A DNA stretch of 64,000 bases from Eukaryota sp. TZLM1-RC (taxonomy: Eukaryota; Protista; Metamonada: BaSk clade): contig JAUPSS010000015.1 in assembly GCA_040285825.1 (NCBI GenBank), positions 1-64,000 on the forward strand, written 5' to 3'. The position numbers and the translations under genes were made by a program. This document shows, piece after piece, positions 40,198 through 53,030 of the stretch; the stretch's first letter is position 1, and each line of letters starts with the position of its first letter. The notes beneath the pieces were generated by a model. It was not told the origin of the DNA. It did no database searches and saw only the letters and a list, made by a program, of their open reading frames with translations.

Positions 40198-43048
40198 TTT
40201 TTTTTTTTTAAATTTAATTTTATTCTAAACCTATAAATCAACATCTAAAAAATCCATCTCTCCCAAAACAAAAACACTAGATGCAACTCTCTCATAGTGA
40301 GATCCAAGAGAAAGCAAAGCATCAGAAACCATCTTCAACATCCCCTTAAAAATAGAAAACACAATTCTATTTTGCCAAAACAATCTGTTGAAATTTCTGC
40401 CAGTTCTTCTCTTTACAATCATTTCAAAATCATCCAAAAAACGTAAAGCAGTTGGTGCAAGTGAACCAAAAAGGGAAAATACAAATGGATACAAATTGTA
40501 TTTTGCATGCTGTAGACTGGCCAATTTGGACAAAGGTTTATTGTATTTTTTTGAATTTAAAATTTTTCAGCATTTGAAAGGGGATTATGAATTTCAGAAT
40601 TAACAAAGCCTTTCATTTGAGGCATTACAAGGATCAACAGACATTACATCCAATAAAAATGAAGCTTCCATCTAATCCAGGTAATATAACATCACCTCTA
40701 TTATTCTTATGAAAATCATTTTCAGCATCAAACAGATTTGACAACAAAGGTTCCAAGAAGGATTCAATTCTATGAGATTTACACATACAATATAACTGGT
40801 CTCTTACAGCATCATGAACCTTGCTTCTAAAAAGTAATAAAATGTTTACAATTTAACAAATGAGTAGTTGTAATTTCTCGAGAACATTTACAAATTAAAT
40901 TATGAGGTAAAATTATCAGGCCAGATAAAGGAACGAAATCTCATATTCAGAGTCCAAGCAGAATCGGATAAGAGAGTACCATAAACTTGTGGAATTGTTG
41001 TTACTAAGGCAGAAGAAGTACTGTCACACATATCTTGTAAAAGATTTGCAAAAGCAGGGATTCTTTTTTTCTTGGCCAAGCCAAGTCTAACATCAAAATC
41101 CAAGCTTTCAAAAATCTTTGACAATTTTTGTTGAAGCTTTTTACAGCAAAACTGTAAATTAAATAGAGATCGGTTTTGGAATTTCTTGAATTGATTGAGG
41201 AAAACATTTGGTCCAAATTTGTGGCGGTAATTTTTTTCAAGTTCACAAGATAACTCATACAAATAGGGACTACAATTGGGGACTAACAGATGAGAATCAT
41301 CAGGAAATCTACGAGAAAATTCATAAATGAAATTTTTGCCACCACCCAAGAATGCTGATTGACACAAAAATTGAAGATTTAGTAAAACCAATACCACCCA
41401 AATTTGCTGAAGAAAATAAATGGCTTTTCAACATTCCTGGTTCTACATCCAATAAATCAGCAAAAAAATTCTGTTCTCAATGAATTAAAAGAACGACAAA
41501 AAAATCTAATGCTATGGAAGGAGCACAAGATCTCAAAATGTGGGTTATTCTCCCAGTGTAGCAAATTTTAAGCATGAAAAAAATTTAATATGCTTTTTCT
41601 ATATCTAAAGAAGAAATTGAATCAAGTTCAATTTTCATTTTTCCAAAATAACTTGCAATTCATTCTGAATTTGAGGCACATTTCCTAACCAACAACCAAA
41701 GGAACTTAAAAGCATCACTACTATAATTAGTAAAAGGGACAATAGAATCGTTTATCACGAGGTCTTGAGCAGAAGAGCCAATCAGAAGGCATTTGCTGGC
41801 ATTAAGATGAAGCCCAATATTTTCATATGAATCGGCAATTTCTTGAGCAACCAATTCTAGTAAATCAAATGAACCAATCAAGGATATATCATCCATATAA
41901 GCAACTATTTTTTTATAGAAGGGTATTTTTTTGCTTAATGATATTTAAAGTTTTGTGAATAGCTAAACAAAACAATAATGGGCCTAAAGGATCTCCCTGC
42001 TTCACTCCAGAAGATGAATTAAGACCAAATGAATTAAAAAAATTAAATCTGATTCTTTCCCGTAAAAAAATGGTAGAAAAAAACTCGATAGCTCAGGAAA
42101 AATCAGATTTAATAACTTCAAAAATTGCTTCTCGCTTTACAGAATTAAAAAGCATTTTTTTAAAGTCGAGATTAAAAATAAAATTATTTTTCCTCTGCAT
42201 TAAAAAAAGGTATCAGAGGCAATAGCAGCAACAGAAGCACCATCAATTGTTTTGATTCCAAATTGATGAGGATTCAAAAATGTAGAAGCTTTGTCTTTGA
42301 CACGATCGAAGACAATTGATGCTAGCAAACGAGAAAGAGATTCACCAACAGCAATTGGGCGTATTCCATCAGGTTTGATTCCGTTTCCAGGCTTTACTAA
42401 AGCAATCAGACGTGCTGCGAGTAATTCAAATGGAGGATTAATTTTCAAAACAATCAATTGTTGAAAATAGTGGGCTAGATCATCAGCAATTTCGGGAGCA
42501 CTGGAACACGCTATTATTAACAGATCAAAAGAAATTCCAGATGGGCCTGCTGCTTTCCCCTTTGGCAATTTTTGAATAGTTTTAAGAACTTCAATTGCAG
42601 TAATAGGATTTTCAATCCAAAAAGGACACACTTCAGGCTTGCTGCACTTGAAATTTTCTTGAGGATGCAACTTTTGAAGTTTTTCAAGGGTATCAGAGTT
42701 TGCATCAGCCAAAGAAGAGGAAAACAAAGACTGCATTGCGGCACCATAACGACCACGTAAGCACAATTTACGGCAAATTTTTGATTTTACAATTTTTCTA
42801 TTTCCAAATTTTTTCTTAAAACAATTTTTGTTTTTTCGAGCAAAATATTTCCAGAAGGATGAAATATTCCACTTATTATTCAGAAGTAAAATTTCTCATT
42901 ACCATTGAGAAGGGGATTGTGCTGGCGGGACTTATTTCTACTGGGATCCGGATCGGGGGTCTTACGGTATCAACGGCTTTACAATTCGTACAAAACAGAA
43001 GTTTTCGACCATTTCTTGAATCTGCAACATCTTTTTTGCAAAATCTTT
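40198..43048 (-). mobile_element. Family A, longest copy (~2.85 kb), reaching the N-terminal Cys finger
   Basis: TSD tcatgcaacgtagaa at 40183-40197 and 43049-43063; ORF 42200-42766 has GKAAGPSG and RPIAVGE. Confidence 0.9.
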
Positions 43049-43582
43049 TCATGCAACGTAGAACGATAGGAAATAAATCTATTACAATTCAATAAATGTG
43101 ATAATGTCAAACCAGCTCCACATTTGCAAAACAAATCATTGGGCAAATTACAAGGCCATAAATAACAACGCATTCTCATAGCAGTGGTCCATTGGTCGTC
43201 ATTCAAAAATAGGCCAAAAATCTGGGGAATTTGATTTATCAAAACTGCAGATGAACTGTCCTTCAAATCAATCAAAAAATTTGCAAAAGCAGGATTTTCT
43301 TTCTTAGCCGTGCTAAGTCGAACAATAAAATCCTTGCTTTCAAATTTTCTCAAAAGATGTCGTTGGAGCTTTTTCAACGCAAATTTTAATGAATACAAAC
43401 TTCTGTCTGGAATTTCTTGAATGGATATGGGGAAACATGATTGCCATAAGTCGGGAGATAAACTGGATATTTCTTCTCTTATGTTATCGAGGAATAAGCT
43501 ATTTGTAGTTTCAAGGAGATTTTCGGCAAAAGGATATCTTCTAGAGAATTCAAATACAAAATTTTTTCCACCACCAATAAAT

Positions 43583-46037
43583 CATAGAATTGAATCCTTC
43601 TTGGAACCTCTGTTGTCAAATCTGTTTGATGCTGAAAATGATTTTCATAAGAATAATAGAGGTGATGTCATATTACCTGGATTAGATGGAAGCTTCATTT
43701 TATTGGATGTAATGTCTGTTGATCCTTGTAATGCCTCAAATGAAAGGCTTGTTAATTCTGAAATTCATAATCCCCTTTCAAATGCTGAAAATTTTAAATT
43801 CAAAAAATACAATGAACCTTTGTCCAAATTGGCCAGTCTACAGCATGCAAAATACAATTTGTACCCATTTGTATTTTCCCTTTTTGGTTCACTTGCACCA
43901 ACTGCTTTACGTTTTTTGGATGATTTTGAAATGATTGTAAAGAGAAGAACTGGCAGAAATTTCAACAGATTGTTTTGGCAAAATAGAATTGTGTTTTCTA
44001 TTTTTAAAGGGATGTTGAAGATGGTTTCTGATGCTTTGCTTTCTCTTGGATCTCACTATGAGAGAGTTGCATCTAGTGTTTTTGTTTTGGGAGAGATGGA
44101 TTTTTTAGATGTTGATTTATAGGTTTAGAATAAAAAGGTTTCGCTTAAAAAAAATAAAAAAAAAACCACCAATAAATGCAGCTTTTTGAAAGATTTTTGA
44201 AAGCTTGGATTTTGATGTTAGACTTGGCTTGGCCAAGAAAAAGAATCCCGCTTTTGCAAATCTTTTACAAGATATGTGTGACAGTACTTCTTCTGCCTTA
44301 GTAACAACAATTCCACAAGTTTATGGTACTCTCTTATCCGATTCTGCTTGGACTCTGAATATGAGATTTCGTTCCTTTATCTGGCCTGATAATTTACCTC
44401 ATAATTTAATTTGTAAATGTTCTCGAGAAATTACAACTACTCATTTGTTAAATTGTAAACATTTTATTACTTTTAGAAGCAAGGTTCATGATGCTGTAAG
44501 AGACCAGTTATATTGTATGTGTAAATCTCATAGAATTGAATCCTTCTTGGAACCTCTGTTGTCAAATCTGTTTGATGCTGAAAATGATTTTCATAAGAAT
44601 AATAGAGGTGATGTCATATTACCTGGATTAGATGGAAGCTTCATTTTATTGGATGTAATGTCTGTTGATCCTTGTAATGCCTCAAATGAAAGGCTTGTTA
44701 ATTCTGAAATTCATAATCCCCTTTCAAATGCTGAAAATTTTAAATTCAAAAAATACAATGAACCTTTGTCCAAATTGGCCAGTCTACAGCATGCAAAATA
44801 CAATTTGTACCCATTTGTATTTTCCCTTTTTGGTTCACTTGCACCAACTGCTTTACGTTTTTTGGATGATTTTGAAATGATTGTAAAGAGAAGAACTGGC
44901 AGAAATTTCAACAGATTGTTTTGGCAAAATAGAATTGTGTTTTCTATTTTTAAAGGGATGTTGAAGATGGTTTCTGATGCTTTGCTTTCTCTTGGATCTC
45001 ACTATGAGAGAGTTGCATCTAGTGTTTTTGTTTTGGGAGAGATGGATTTTTTAGATGTTGATTTATAGGTTTAGAATAAAAAGGTTTCGCTTAAAAATAA
45101 AAACCACCAATAAATGCAGCTTTTTGAAAGATTTTTGAAAGCTTGGATTTTGATGTTAGACTTGGCTTGGCCAAGAAAAAGAATCCCGTTTTTGCAAATC
45201 TTTTACAAGATATGTGTGACAGTACTTCTTCTGCCTTAGTAACAACAATTCCACAAGTTTATGGTACTCTCTTATCCGATTCTGCTTGGACTCTGAATAT
45301 GAGATTTCGTTCCTTTATCTGGCCTGATAATTTACCTCATAATTTAATTTGTAAATGTTCTCGAGAAATTACAACTACTCATTTGTTAAATTGTAAACAT
45401 TTTATTACTTTTAGAAGCAAGGTTCATGATGCTGTAAGAGACCAGTTATATTGTATGTGTAAATCTCATAGAATTGAATCCTTCTTGGAACCTCTGTTGT
45501 CAAATCTGTTTGATGCTGAAAATGATTTTCATAAGAATAATAGAGGTGATGTCATATTACCTGGATTAGATGGAAGCTTCATTTTATTGGATGTAATGTC
45601 TGTTGATCCTTGTAATGCCTCAAATGAAAGGCTTGTTAATTCTGAAATTCATAATCCCCTTTCAAATGCTGAAAATTTTAAATTCAAAAAATACAATGAA
45701 CCTTTGTCCAAATTGGCCAGTCTACAGCATGCAAAATACAATTTGTACCCATTTGTATTTTCCCTTTTTGGTTCACTTGCACCAACTGCTTTACGTTTTT
45801 TGGATGATTTTGAAATGATTGTAAAGAGAAGAACTGGCAGAAATTTCAACAGATTGTTTTGGCAAAATAGAATTGTGTTTTCTATTTTTAAAGGGATGTT
45901 GAAGATGGTTTCTGATGCTTTGCTTTCTCTTGGATCTCACTATGAGAGAGTTGCATCTAGTGTTTTTGTTTTGGGAGAGATGGATTTTTTAGATGTTGAT
46001 TTATAGGTTTAGAATAAAAAGGTTTCGCTTAAAAAAA
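43583..46037 (+). mobile_element. Three tandem 5'-truncated family A copies (43583-44165, 44186-45103, 45124-46037), antisense in B
   Basis: Open ORFs ending LDVDL; shared tail aaggtttcgctt; separated by target-derived ccaccaataaatgcagcttt. Confidence 0.9.
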
Positions 46038-46057
46038 ATAAATGCAGCTTTGGTCAA

Positions 46058-49000
46058 GCTTTTAAAAAATAATTTATATGTATGCCATGTTTGCTCCTCG
46101 CTTGATACATTACGGCCTCCATGTAAGATTCCGAATGTTCTCAGTCCCAAGGCTTCCATTCCCTTTTCTGTTGCGTTTAGAACATTCAGTCTTGCTTTGA
46201 AAAAAGGAGAATGGGATATATTTTCTATTTGGAAATTCTTCCTTGAACAAAAATCAGGTTCTCGTCCCCAAAAGGCTTTCACTCCAAAGAAACAACCCAA
46301 GAATAAGACTGTACGAAAATTTTTGCTACGTGGGAGATATGGTTCAGGGAAAAACGCTCTGTTCTCATCTGATCTTGCTCCTGTGACTGATGAAACTGTA
46401 AATCAATTAGTGGATCTGCATCCAGCTGAATTTCTTCATTTGGATAAACCATCTGCTTCACAATTTTGGAAACAAAATCCACTTTCTGAAAAAGAAGTTG
46501 AAACTGCCATTTTCCGTCTTCCATCTGGAAAAGCTCCAGGTCCATCTGGAATTACTTTTGATATGCTGAAATCTGTGTGCCGCCAAAATGCCTTTATTAT
46601 TAAAGATTTATGTTCCTTTTTTCAAGATGTTTTGACAATGAAAATTGTTCCACCAAAAGAATTAAGTGCATCACGGTTAGTGGCTTTAACTAAACCTAAT
46701 GGAAAAGTTCGCCCAATTGCCATTGGTGAAGCCATTTATCGCCTGATGTCTTCAGTAATTTTTAATCGAGTTTCAACAAAAGCTAAAGAATACTTTTCTC
46801 CATTCCAATATGGAATCAAAACCATAGATGGAGCTTCAGTTGCAGCTTTGACATCTGATCTGTTTTTCAATTGTCACGAAAATAGTTGCATTTTTAATCT
46901 TGATTTCAAAAATGCTTTCAATTCAGTGAACTTGTTCAGTAAATTGTAGACAATTTAACAAAATACGTACCCAATTTTTGGCTTATTTAATGTCTGTTGA
47001 TCCATCAATTTTGAAAAATCATATTTTTTCTGATGTTCAACTTGGCGGTGTTGGATTCAATTCATCAAAATATTTGACCAAAGCTGCATTTATTGGTGGT
47101 GGAAAAAATTTTTGTATTTGAATTCTCCAGAAGATATCCTTTTGCCGAAAATCTTCTTGAAACTACAAATAGCCTATTCCTCGATAACTTAAGAGAAGAA
47201 ATTTCCAGTTTATCTCCAGACTTATGGCAATCATGTTTCCCCATATCTATTCAAGACATTCCAGACAGAAGTTTGTATTCTCTAAAATTTGCGTTGAAAA
47301 AGCTCCAACGACATCTTTTTGAAAAAAATTTGAAAAGCAAGGATTTTTATTGTTCGACTTAGCACGGCTAAGAAAGAAAATCCTGTTTTGCAAATTTTTG
47401 ATTGATTGAAGGACAGTTCATCTGCAGTTTTGATAAATCAAATTCCCCAGATTTATGGTCTATTTTTTTGAATGACGACCAATGGACCACTGCTATGAGA
47501 ATGCGTTGTTATTTATGGCCTTGTAATTTGCCCAATGATTTGTTTTTGCAAATGTGGAGCTGGTTTGACATTATCACATTTATTTAATTGTAATAGATTT
47601 ATTTCCTATCGTTCTACGTTGCATGATGCAGTCAGAGATCAAATCCATGCAATGTGTAATTCCTATCATATTGAATCTTTTGTAGAACCTTTGTTGAGGT
47701 CTCTTGATATAAATGAAAGCGTAAGAGATTCAGAATATAGGAAAACGACGTGCTGATGTTGTTGTGCCCTCGTTTGATGATGTCATGAATGTTGTTGATG
47801 TCGTAACAGTGGATGTTTTGCAAGAAAAAAATGCCTTGAAAAATGCTCAATCCGAAGTATCCCCCTTGATGACTCCGAATTGTACAAACGGAAAAAAAGT
47901 ATGCAAATCCTTTAAAAAGAATTGAAACATGTTCGCCATGTAGATTACCAAATTTGCCCATTTGCTATATCGTTGTATGGTCGTCTTGGAAAAAAACTGC
48001 TATGAATTTTATTGATGATTTTTGAGAAATCTTGTAGAAAGAAGAATGAATAAGCGTTTTTGATCGTCGCTTGTGGCTAAATCGTATTGTTTTTACTATT
48101 TTCAAATCAATTCCTAAAATGATTTCAAAGCTTTGATGTCTGTCAGTGCACATTACGAAGAAATTGCTGTTGTGAGGTTTGATGGTGTGGAAGCTTGTTT
48201 TGAAGATATTGACTTTTTAGACTGTAGTTTAATAATAAATTAAAAATTTTTCAAAAATTCAGTGAAAAAGAGATTCAATTTGGAAAGAAATCAAATCAAA
48301 TTTTTCCTGAACTCGAAACCTTTTTTATAGGTTTTTATGGTAATTCATCTGATTTAATTTTTAATTCTTTTTAATCTGGATTCTTTATCAGGAGTTAAAC
48401 AAAGGAGACCCTTTAGGTCCTTTCTTTTTGTCGTGCAATTCACCCAATTTTGGAAAAAATTAAAGAAGAAAATTCTGACCTTCAAGTGGTAGCTTACATG
48501 GATGACATTTTCTTGTATTGGTCCAGAAAGTACAATTAATAGGGTTGCTAATGAAGCTGCTACATTATACCAATCCATAGGTCTTGATTTGAATGTTCAA
48601 AAAAATGTTTTTTTGTATTTCTAGGAAAAAAATGTTAAGTTAATAATTAATTCCCTCGAAGTTCCATATATTGATTATACTTCAACTAGTTTCTGCTTTC
48701 TGGGTTGGTATTTAGGTTCCGCCGAAAAAGACACTTGACAGCCTTGAAAATTATTTAAATTCAATTAAAAAGAGCTAGAAGTCATAAAGACTCTTGGATT
48801 GGAAGAAACATCTTAAATTTTTTTCTTTTTGAAAATTTGTTATGCTGGAAAAAAATTACTCATTTACTGCGATCATTACCTCCATCCCTAACTTACAATT
48901 TTTTTGTAGACAATTTAACAAAAATACGTACCCAATTTTTTTGGCTTATTTAATGTCTGTTGATCCATCAATTTTGAAAAAAATCATATTTTTTTCTGAT

Positions 49001-50230
49001 GTTCAACTTGGCGGTGTTGGATTCAATTCATCAAAATATTTGACCAAAGCTGCATTTATTGGTGGTGGAAAAAAATTTTTGTATTTGAATTCTCTAGAAG
49101 ATATCCTTTTGCCGAAAATCTTCTTGAAAATACAAATAGCATATTCCTGGATAACTTAAGAGAAGAAATATCCAGTTTATCTCCCGACTTATGGCAATCA
49201 TGTTTCCCCATATCCATTCAAGAAATTCCAGACAGAAGTTTATATTCATTAAAATTTGCGTTGAAAAAGCTCCAACGACATCTTTTTGAGAAGATTTGAA
49301 AGCAAGGATTTTATTGTTCGACTTAGCACGGCTAAGAAAGAAAATCCTGCTTTTGCCAATTTTTTGATTGATTTGAAGGACAGTTCATCTGCAGTTTTGA
49401 TAAATCAAATTCCCCAGATTTATGGTCTATTTTTTTGAATGACGACCAATGGACCACTGCTATGAGAATGCGTTGTTATTTATGGCCTTGTAATTTTGCC
49501 CAATGATTTGTTTTTGTAAAATGTGGAGCTGGTTTGACATTATCACATTTATTTAATTGTAATAGATATATTTCCTATCGTTCTACGTTGCATGATGCAG
49601 TCAGAGATCAAATCCATGCAATGTGTAATTCCCTATCATATTGAATCTTTTTGTAGAACCTTTTGTTGAGGTCTCTTGATATAAAATGAAAGCGTAAGAG
49701 ATTCAGAATATGGAAAACGACGTGCTGATGTTGTTGTGCCCTCGTTTGATGATGTCATGAATGTTGTTGATGTCGTAACAGTGGATGTTTGCAAGAAAAA
49801 TGCCTTGAAAAATGCTCAATCCGAAGTATCCCCCTTGATGACTCCGAATTGTACAAACGGAAAAAGTATGCAAATCCTTTAAAAAGAATTGAAACATGTT
49901 CGCCATGTAGATTACCAAATTTGCCCATTTGCTATATCGTTGTATGGTCGTCTTGGAAAAACTGCTTTGAATTTTATTGATGATTTTGAAAATCTTGTGA
50001 AAAAAAGAATGAATAAGCGTTTTGATCGTCGCTTGTGGCTAAATCGTATTGTTTTTACTATTTTCAAATCAATTCCTAAAATGATTTCGAAAGCTTTAAT
50101 GTCTGTCAGTGCACATTATGAAAACATTGCTGCTGTAAGGTTTGATGGTGTGGAAGCTTGTTTTGAAGATATTGACTTTTAGACTGTGGTTTTGAAAATA
50201 AATTAAAAGTATGTTAAAAATTAAAAAAAA
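46058..50230 (+). mobile_element. Family B long copy (~2.85 kb net, B2-type 3' end), antisense in backbone B, carrying a nested B
   Basis: TSD agctttggtcaa at 46046-46057 and 50231-50242; ORF to 46930 has CHVC, GKAPGPSG, RPIAIGE, LDFKNAFNS. Confidence 0.88.
46931..48255 (+). mobile_element. Family B 5'-truncated copy nested in sense within family B
   Basis: TSD aattcagtgaa at 46920-46930 and 48256-48266; ~14 extra nt at the 5' junction. Confidence 0.85.
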
Positions 50231-50448
50231 AGCTTTGGTCAAATATTTTGATGAATTGAATCCAACACCTTTTTACAATCATTTCAAAATCATCCAAAAA
50301 ACGTAAAGCAGTTGGTGCAAGTGAACCAAAAAGGGAAAGTACAAATGGATACAAATTGTATTTTGCATGCTGTAGACTGGCCAATTTGGACAAAGGTTCA
50401 TTGTATTTTTTTAATGAAAAATTTTAATTTATTATTAAACTACAGTCT

Positions 50449-51175
50449 ATATTTGCAGCTCGGCTGTTTTAAATCAAGATCTTCACTCATTGTTATTGGA
50501 AAAGGGTGTTTGTGAAAACAAGGCGTCAGATTCTTCACTTTTTGTAACCATTGTACCACGAAGATTTGGATTGTGTGCCACTAATGAAGCATTTGTAACA
50601 AAAATGAGATTATATTTGAACATCCCCATTAACCAATTATTATCAAAAGAAAAATGTATTTGTTCGAATTCACCTCAACTCACTTTGCGCCATGCTCTAA
50701 ATTGCTCTAAATTGATAACTTATCGTTCTTCATTACATGATGCTGTTAGAGACACTGTTTTCAATATGGCACAAACTGCAAGGATATCGTGTATCAAAGA
50801 GTCCCTGCTGAAGGAAACACTTTCTCTGAATAATTTTTGGTTCTGATGATAGAGGTGATGTATACTGTGATTGGATTGATAATTCTGAAGCTATTGTTGA
50901 CTTTTGTCTCATGTAATGTTGCAAACGATACTTTGGTTCACAGAAGAAAACTTAATCCTGTGGCTGCTCTGGATTTTTAAAGCAAAAAGAAAAAAACATA
51001 GAAAATATGATAAAGAAATTGAAGATGCAAATGTCGATAGAAATACACAGCTGGTTTTTATTGCTTTTCCCATTTTTCGATAAATGGAAGATTATCAGTT
51101 GAAGCAGAAACTTTTTGAAAAATTTTTAATTTATTATTAAAACTAAACTTTTTGGATGACTTCCAAAAATGGTGC
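50449..51175 (+). mobile_element. Family C internal fragment (no 3' end) containing a 28 bp B insertion
   Basis: ORF 50490-50846 has CICSNSPQLTLRHALNC and HDAVRD. Confidence 0.82.
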
Positions 51176-51186
51176 AAAAATGGAAT

Positions 51187-51533
51187 TTGATAAATCAAAT
51201 TCCCCAGATTTATGGTCTATTTTTTTGAATGACGACCAATGGACCACTGCAATGAGAATGCGTTGTTATTTATGGCCTTGTAATTTGCCCAATGATTTGT
51301 TTTTGTAAATGTGGGCTGGAATTTCTTGAATGGATATGGGGAAACATGATTGCCATAAGTCGGGAGATAAACTGGATATTTCTTCTCTTAAGTTATGGAG
51401 GAATAAGCTATTTGTAGTTTCAAGAAGATTTTTCGGCAAAAGGATATCTTCTAGAGAATTCAAATACAAAATTTTTCCACCACCAATAAATGCAGCTTTG
51501 GTCAAATATTTTTGATGAATTGAATCCAACACC
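51187..51533. mobile_element. Family B fragments: plus strand 51187-51314 joined to minus strand 51316-51533
   Basis: INQIPQ..FCKC on +, switching at ctgg to the minus-strand backbone. Confidence 0.75.
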
Positions 51534-51676
51534 TTTTACAATCATTTCAAAATCATCCAAAAACCTAAAAGCAGTTGGTGCAAGTGAACCAAAAAAGGAA
51601 AGTACAAATGGATACAAATTGTATTTTTGCATGCTGTAGACTGGCCAATTTGGACAAAAGGTTCATTGTATTTTTG

Positions 51677-52889
51677 TTAATGAAAATTTTAATTTATTAT
51701 TAAACTACAGTCTAAAAGTCAATATCTTCAAAACAAGCTTCCACACCATCAAACCTCACAACAGCAATTTCTTCGTAATGTGCACTGACAGACATCAAAG
51801 CTTTCGAAATCATTTTTAGGAATTGATTTGAAAATAGTAAAAACAATACGATTTAGCCACAAGCGACGATCAAAACGCTTATTCATTCTTCTTTTTCACA
51901 AGATTTTTCAAAATCATCAATAAAATTCATAGCAGTTTTTCCAAGACGACCATACAACGATATAGCAAATGGGCAAATTTGGTAATCTACATGGCGAACA
52001 TGTTTCAATTCTTTTAAAGGATTTGCATACTTTTTCCGTTTGTACAATTCGGAGTCATCAAGGGGGGATACTTCAGATTGAGCATTTTTTTCAAGGCATT
52101 TTTTTCTTGCAAACATCCACTGTTACGACATCAACAACATTCATGACATCATCAAACGAGGGCACAACAACATCAGCACGTCGTTTTCCATATTCTGAAT
52201 CTCTTACGCTTTCATTTATATCAAGAGACCTCAACAAAGGTTCTACAAAAGATTCAATATGATAGGAATTACACATTGCATGGATTTGATCTCTGACTGC
52301 ATCATGCAACGTAGAACGATAGGAAATAAATCTATTACAATTAAATAAATGTGATAATGTCAAAACCAGCTCCACATTTGCAAAAACAAATCATTGGGCA
52401 AAATTACAAGGCCATAAATAACAACGCATTCTCATAGCAGTGGTCCATTGGTCGTCATTCAAAAAAATAGGCCAAAAAAATCTGGGGAATTTGATTTATC
52501 AAAACTGCAGATGAACTGTCCTTCAAATCAATCAAAAATTTGCAAAAGCAGGATTTTCTTTCTTAGCCGTGCTAAGTCGAACAATAAAATCCTTGCTTTC
52601 AAATTTTCTCCTCAAAAGATGTCGTTGGAGCTTTTTCAACGCAAATTTTTAATGAATACAAATTTCTGTCTGGAATTTCTTGAATGGATATGGGGAAACA
52701 TGATTGCCATAAGTCGGGAGATAAACTGGATATTTCTTCTCTTAAGTTATCGAGGAATAAGCTATTTGTAGTTTCAAGAAGATTTTTCGGCAAAAGGATA
52801 TCTTCTAGAGAATTCAAATACAAAAATGTTTTCCACCACCAATAAATGCAGCTTTGGTCAAATATTTTTGATGAATTGAATCCAACACC
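51677..52889 (-). mobile_element. Family B 3' 1.2 kb, backbone unit
   Basis: Same boundaries as the other units. Confidence 0.88.
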
Positions 52890-53030
52890 TTTTTACAATC
52901 ATTTCAAAATCATCCAAAAACCTAAAGCAGTTGGTGCAAGTGAACCAAAAAGGAAAGTACAAATGGATACAAATTGTATTTTTGCATGCTGTAGACTGGC
53001 CAATTTGGACAAAGGTTCATTGTATTTTTG

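Larger units (their letters stand above)
6379..53030 (-). repeat. Tandem backbone of a ~1.35 kb unit (family B 3' ~1.2 kb plus ~142 bp family A fragment), about 12 units, interrupted by later insertions
   Basis: The same junction gaatccaacacc|ttttacaatc ends at ~12963, 18625, 19957, 21309, 25877, 34722, 38042, 39410, 50269, 51533 and 52889; adjacent uninterrupted units are 1.33-1.37 kb apart. Confidence 0.85.

Noticed and set aside
7562-43048. Programmed frameshifting or genuine pseudogenisation of the many split ORFs
   Set aside because: Breaks fall in homopolymers and differ between near-identical copies, as expected from long-read error
43421-44122. 233 aa ORF, and similar junction ORFs (45993-46949 start, 56795-57475, 34351-34695), as novel genes
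   Set aside because: They are chance read-throughs across insertion junctions, partly from antisense sequence
44665-44911. Recurrent overlapping or antisense small ORFs (MILVMPQ.., MKFLPVLL.., MDMGKHD..)
   Set aside because: They recur only because the element is repeated; they have no motifs and are not seen in the sister families
51420-51632. In-frame fusion of the A spacer to the B C-terminus in the satellite unit
   Set aside because: The frame depends on an A-run whose length varies between units, so it cannot be supported
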